Part shown: piece by piece, positions 60,655-64,000 of the stretch
Position numbering within the stretch: position 1 is the stretch's first letter
Layout of the letters: the number at the start of each line of letters is the position of its first letter
Assembly (NCBI GenBank): GCA_001875425.1
Contig: MIYU01000019.1
Location: forward strand, 763-64,762
DNA from: Marine Group III euryarchaeote CG-Bathy1
GTDB taxonomy: Archaea; Thermoplasmatota; Poseidoniia; MGIII; CG-Epi1
Direction: 5' to 3'
DNA: 64,000 nucleotides
Program-made: the position numbers and the translations under genes
Notes under the pieces: generated by a model
What the model was told of the DNA's origin: nothing
Databases searched by the model: none
Seen by the model: only the letters and a program-made list of their open reading frames with translations

Positions 60655-61241
60655 TTATATTAAACACCATTAAATGGAAGTACATGACTTCTTCAAGCAC
60701 AGAAGAAATAAAAAATCAAGATACTTATTTGATACAAGTATCTGGTATCATCTATGGTCCAATTAGTGCTGACAGAGTAGTGGCTGATTTTTTGGAAGGA
60801 AAACTCTCTTCTTCTTGTTTCATATCTCCATATACATCGGAAGAACAGAAAGATTCTTGGTCACCTCTAGAAGAATCCATTCTAATTAAAAACATAATAA
60901 AAGAACGAAAACATCCTAAATTTAACAATAGATGGAGATCTCTTAATAATCCAAACCAACACCTCTTTATCTTTGGAGATTATTTAGTTTTAGAGAGTGA
61001 AGAGTTGTCATTTTGGGATAATATCAAATCTTTTTTTATGGAACCAAATACAGGAGCCATTCCATTTCCAGCAATCTTAAACATCAGTTTTTCAAATCAG
61101 AAAGAAGGAGTAGAAATAGAAGCGTGCACCTTCAAAGAAATATATGAAATACATTCATTAAAATGTACACTTTCAAATTCAGATGCAAGAGAGCTACGTA
61201 AAGAACTTCAAAAAGAACGTATACGTATTATTGATGCTTAG
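60651..61241 (+). CDS. Hypothetical protein with N-terminal GYF_2-like motif
   Basis: YGPIS...GKL....W pattern; start may be ATG near 60683. Confidence 0.55.
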   Translation: MIILNTIKWKYMTSSSTEEIKNQDTYLIQVSGIIYGPISADRVVADFLEGKLSSSCFISPYTSEEQKDSWSPLEESILIKNIIKERKHPKFNNRWRSLNNPNQHLFIFGDYLVLESEELSFWDNIKSFFMEPNTGAIPFPAILNISFSNQKEGVEIEACTFKEIYEIHSLKCTLSNSDARELRKELQKERIRIIDA

Positions 61242-61259
61242 AAAAATATTTTTACAATA

Positions 61260-61583
61260 TTAGAAATGAGATTCTATCCTACTCATGATTTGCGCTTTCG
61301 ATTGTGCACCAACCATTTGATCAACTAATTCTCCATCTTTGAATATCAACATCGTAGGTATTGACATTATTCCATGTGCCGCAGCTGTTTGTTGATTTTC
61401 ATCAGTATTCATTTTAGTTATTAGAACCTTATCTGTCTCTGTTGAAATTTCCTCTAATACAGGAGCAACTGCACGGCAAGGTCCGCACCAAGGGGCCCAA
61501 AAATCAACTAACACCAAAGGATTTTCAGATATCGTTTTTTGAAAATCATTATCACTTATTCCAATTACTGTTCCTTCACCCAT
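61260..61583 (-). CDS. trxA: Thioredoxin
   Basis: DFWAPWCGPC, SIPT. Confidence 0.97.
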   Translation of the reverse strand: MGEGTVIGISDNDFQKTISENPLVLVDFWAPWCGPCRAVAPVLEEISTETDKVLITKMNTDENQQTAAAHGIMSIPTMLIFKDGELVDQMVGAQSKAQIMSRIESHF

Positions 61584-61636
61584 ATAATCACTTCCAAGAC
61601 GAGTTTATCTTAATTTGAGATAGGATATAAAAACCT

Positions 61637-61996
61637 TTAGAATGTCATAATTTCCCAATCATTTTCTAATGCTTTAGCAAACCATTCAGTAGAAGGGACT
61701 CCATTGATCCCCAATTCACTCAAATGCATTTCTAAACCTCTTTGCTGTATTGATGAAAAACAGGCACCCACAACAACTCCCAATCCAGATAAAACTTCTA
61801 AATATTCTATAATCATTTTCTCCACATCATCTTTCTGTTCTCTAATCCATTCCACACCCTCTCCTTTCAAAACAATTCTTATTTTTTCTTTACCCTTTAC
61901 AGCAACTGACTCTAAAATGTGTAATCCTTCTGACACCTTAATACTCCCCTTTTTTTCATCGGGCCCAGTCATTATCAATACCAATATACCGTTCAT
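61637..61996 (-). CDS. DsrE-like protein
   Basis: TGP, GEGV, AC..S...RG, C-terminal IMTF; start reset to ATG overlapping upstream stop. Confidence 0.65.
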   Translation of the reverse strand: MNGILVLIMTGPDEKKGSIKVSEGLHILESVAVKGKEKIRIVLKGEGVEWIREQKDDVEKMIIEYLEVLSGLGVVVGACFSSIQQRGLEMHLSELGINGVPSTEWFAKALENDWEIMTF

Positions 61997-62997
61997 TATT
62001 CCATCCCCTCTATCCATTCTAAAGTGTCTTTGATACTCTTTTCTAAGTTCATCGGTTTCCATCCTAATTCTTCACGAGCTTTTTCCGAATTATATTCTGT
62101 TTTTTTCCCCATATATTCACGCACTATTGATGGTGTAAACATCGGTTTATGACCAAACCAACTTTTTCCAACTTCGATATAGGCGGCGATTTTCATTAAC
62201 CACAACGGCGCTTCTCTTTTAGGCATCGAGATATCAGGTTTTATTGTTTTAATAATATTTATTAATTCCTTAGCAGAAAGACATCCAGTAGACAAGATAT
62301 GTCTTCCATTTGCATTTTCGTTTTCATAAGCTAACAGATGACCCATTGCAACATCTCTTACATCTACATAACCAAATACAACCGGAGGTATCAACGGAAA
62401 TTTTCCACCCATTACATTACGAAACATCATAGTCGTAGGTGTATGGCGATAGAATTTAGGTCCTATTACTGCCGTTGGATTTATGACGACTAATTTCATT
62501 TGATTTTCTTCTGCATATTTCCAGGCTCTTTTTTCAGCTTCAGTTTTTGCATATGCATACGGTTGGTCACTCCCATCATTCCAATCCTCTTCAGTAAGGG
62601 CGCCTCCGTCTAATGCTTCTTTGCCAACAGCGGCTGTACTCGATGTAAATATTACCTTTTCAACGCCCATCTTTTTCGCAGCTTTAAGTGCATTAATCCC
62701 TCCTACAATACTCGGCTCTATAATCTCTTTTTCAGGATTTTCTGCCCATGTTTTGTAAACAGCTGCTACCTGAAACAATCCATCCACATTCTTCATCGCA
62801 CTTTCTAAAGTGTCTATTTTCATCAAATCTGCTTGAACAATTTCAACATCTAATTTTTTTAAATGGCGCGTAAGACTTTCGTCATCTTTATTTCGCACCG
62901 ACGCTCTAACATTGTATCCCCTCTCTATCAATAGTTCAACTAAACTATATCCAACATGTCCATTGGCTCCTGTAACTAGTACATTTTTTCCATTCAT
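61996..62997 (-). CDS. NAD(P)-dependent dihydroflavonol-reductase-like SDR
   Basis: VTGANGHVG, TSS, YAYAK, NPTAVIGP, VDVRDVA. Confidence 0.9.
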   Translation of the reverse strand: MNGKNVLVTGANGHVGYSLVELLIERGYNVRASVRNKDDESLTRHLKKLDVEIVQADLMKIDTLESAMKNVDGLFQVAAVYKTWAENPEKEIIEPSIVGGINALKAAKKMGVEKVIFTSSTAAVGKEALDGGALTEEDWNDGSDQPYAYAKTEAEKRAWKYAEENQMKLVVINPTAVIGPKFYRHTPTTMMFRNVMGGKFPLIPPVVFGYVDVRDVAMGHLLAYENENANGRHILSTGCLSAKELINIIKTIKPDISMPKREAPLWLMKIAAYIEVGKSWFGHKPMFTPSIVREYMGKKTEYNSEKAREELGWKPMNLEKSIKDTLEWIEGME

Positions 62998-63536
62998 AAA
63001 TTAAACACATTGTCCCTGTAGAATTTTAATTCTTCTATAGATTCTAAGATATCATCCATTGCTCTATGTTGCTTTCCCTTTCTTGGGGCCTTTCGAAGAA
63101 TCTTGGGAGACCACCGATACACTAATTCTTTAATCGATGTAACATCGACGCAGCGATAGTGCATTCTGTTCTCTAACAAAGGCATATACTCTGCTAAAAA
63201 TCTACGATCAATCCCTATCGAATTTCCGCACAAAGGAGGCCTGTAATTAGCAGGTAAATGGGAATCTAAAAATTGAATAGTTCTCTCTTCCGCCTCTCTC
63301 ATCGTTACATTACTATTTTCAATATCATTCAAAAGATTCGATTCAGTATGCATGTTTCTAACATATTCTCCCATTTCCGTTAGTTCTAATTCTGAAGCCC
63401 CAATAACAATATCTTCACCTTTTGCTAGAATCTCTAAATCAGCACTCGTTATCACAGTCGCAATCTCAACTATTACATGTTTTTTCGGTTCTAGGCCGGT
63501 CATCTCTAAATCAATCCATACCAATTCATTTACCAT
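62994..63536 (-). CDS. orn: Oligoribonuclease
   Basis: WIDLEMTGL, LCGNSI..DR.FL, HYR.VDV, HRAMDDI.ES. Confidence 0.95.
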   Translation of the reverse strand: MVNELVWIDLEMTGLEPKKHVIVEIATVITSADLEILAKGEDIVIGASELELTEMGEYVRNMHTESNLLNDIENSNVTMREAEERTIQFLDSHLPANYRPPLCGNSIGIDRRFLAEYMPLLENRMHYRCVDVTSIKELVYRWSPKILRKAPRKGKQHRAMDDILESIEELKFYRDNVFNL

Positions 63537-63601
63537 ATTTACACAACTCCGGATACCTAAAACATAAATTAGGACCTTAAACCCCTATCTAATCCCTAGT
63601 T

Positions 63602-64000
63602 ATGTCTCTTTTCAGTCCCGAAAAATTCATGGAGAGTGCCCTTAAAAATCTTCCAAAGGAGATTGACGGTCCTGCCATAATCGCAGTTTCGGGAGGGGTA
63701 GATTCAACAGTCGCAGCCGCAGCCGTCGCAAAAGCAATCGGAGAAGATCTATTGGCAGTCTATGTGGATACTGGCTATATGCGTCTCAATGAGACTGAAG
63801 CAATAGAAGAAATCCTACGCAATTTAGGTTTAAAATACAAAATAGTAGATGCCTCCACTAGATTTTACGAAGCTCTTTCGGGCGTTATTGATCCCGAAGT
63901 AAAAAGAAAAACAATAGGTGAACTATTCATTCAGGTCTTTGAAGAGATTGCAGATGAATATGGTGGTGATTATCTCATACAAGGCACAATCGCACCAGAT
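63602..64000 (+). CDS. guaAB: GMP synthase ATP-pyrophosphatase subunit, 3'-truncated (not in the ORF track)
   Basis: Translated by hand from ATG 63602: AVSGGVDS, VDTGYMR, DPEVKRKTIG, LIQGTIAPD. Confidence 0.93.
   Translation, partial: MSLFSPEKFMESALKNLPKEIDGPAIIAVSGGVDSTVAAAAVAKAIGEDLLAVYVDTGYMRLNETEAIEEILRNLGLKYKIVDASTRFYEALSGVIDPEVKRKTIGELFIQVFEEIADEYGGDYLIQGTIAPD

Noticed and set aside
1093-63567. Numerous 60-185 aa antisense or alternate-frame ORFs (e.g. 2620-3132, 36500-37057, 48099-48536, 60174-60590)
   Set aside because: Nested in confident genes with no recognisable motifs; expected shadows of codon bias

Overview
Gene-dense, AT-rich chromosomal segment of an archaeon. Unsplit rpoB, the rpoH-B-A'-A''-rpl30e order, DGGGP synthase, archaeosine TGT and several bacterial-type enzymes point to marine Thermoplasmatota (Marine Group II/III); this assignment is inference. 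It holds about 55 CDS, mostly housekeeping, and four CCA-encoding tRNAs (Glu, Ala, Ser, Lys). I saw no CRISPR array, integrase or transposase. Main points of interest: (1) a strand-composition switch at the 19537-19667 intergenic gap, which carries an inverted pair of ORB-like boxes around an AT-rich core, i.e. a candidate oriC with no cdc6/orc1 nearby and skew polarity opposite to the bacterial rule; (2) an RNA polymerase A'' subunit about twice the usual length, with a PUA/EVE-like domain in its N-terminal extension; (3) an operon of a 1848-aa repetitive exported protein, a small membrane protein and a membrane-embedded Cas4-like protein with an altered active site; (4) a four-gene KaiC-like cluster; (5) fusions (MMPL-YbaN, HMA-DUF4396, double esterase with PGF-CTERM) and repeated loss of zinc ligands. 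All family assignments come from motif recognition by eye, not database searches.
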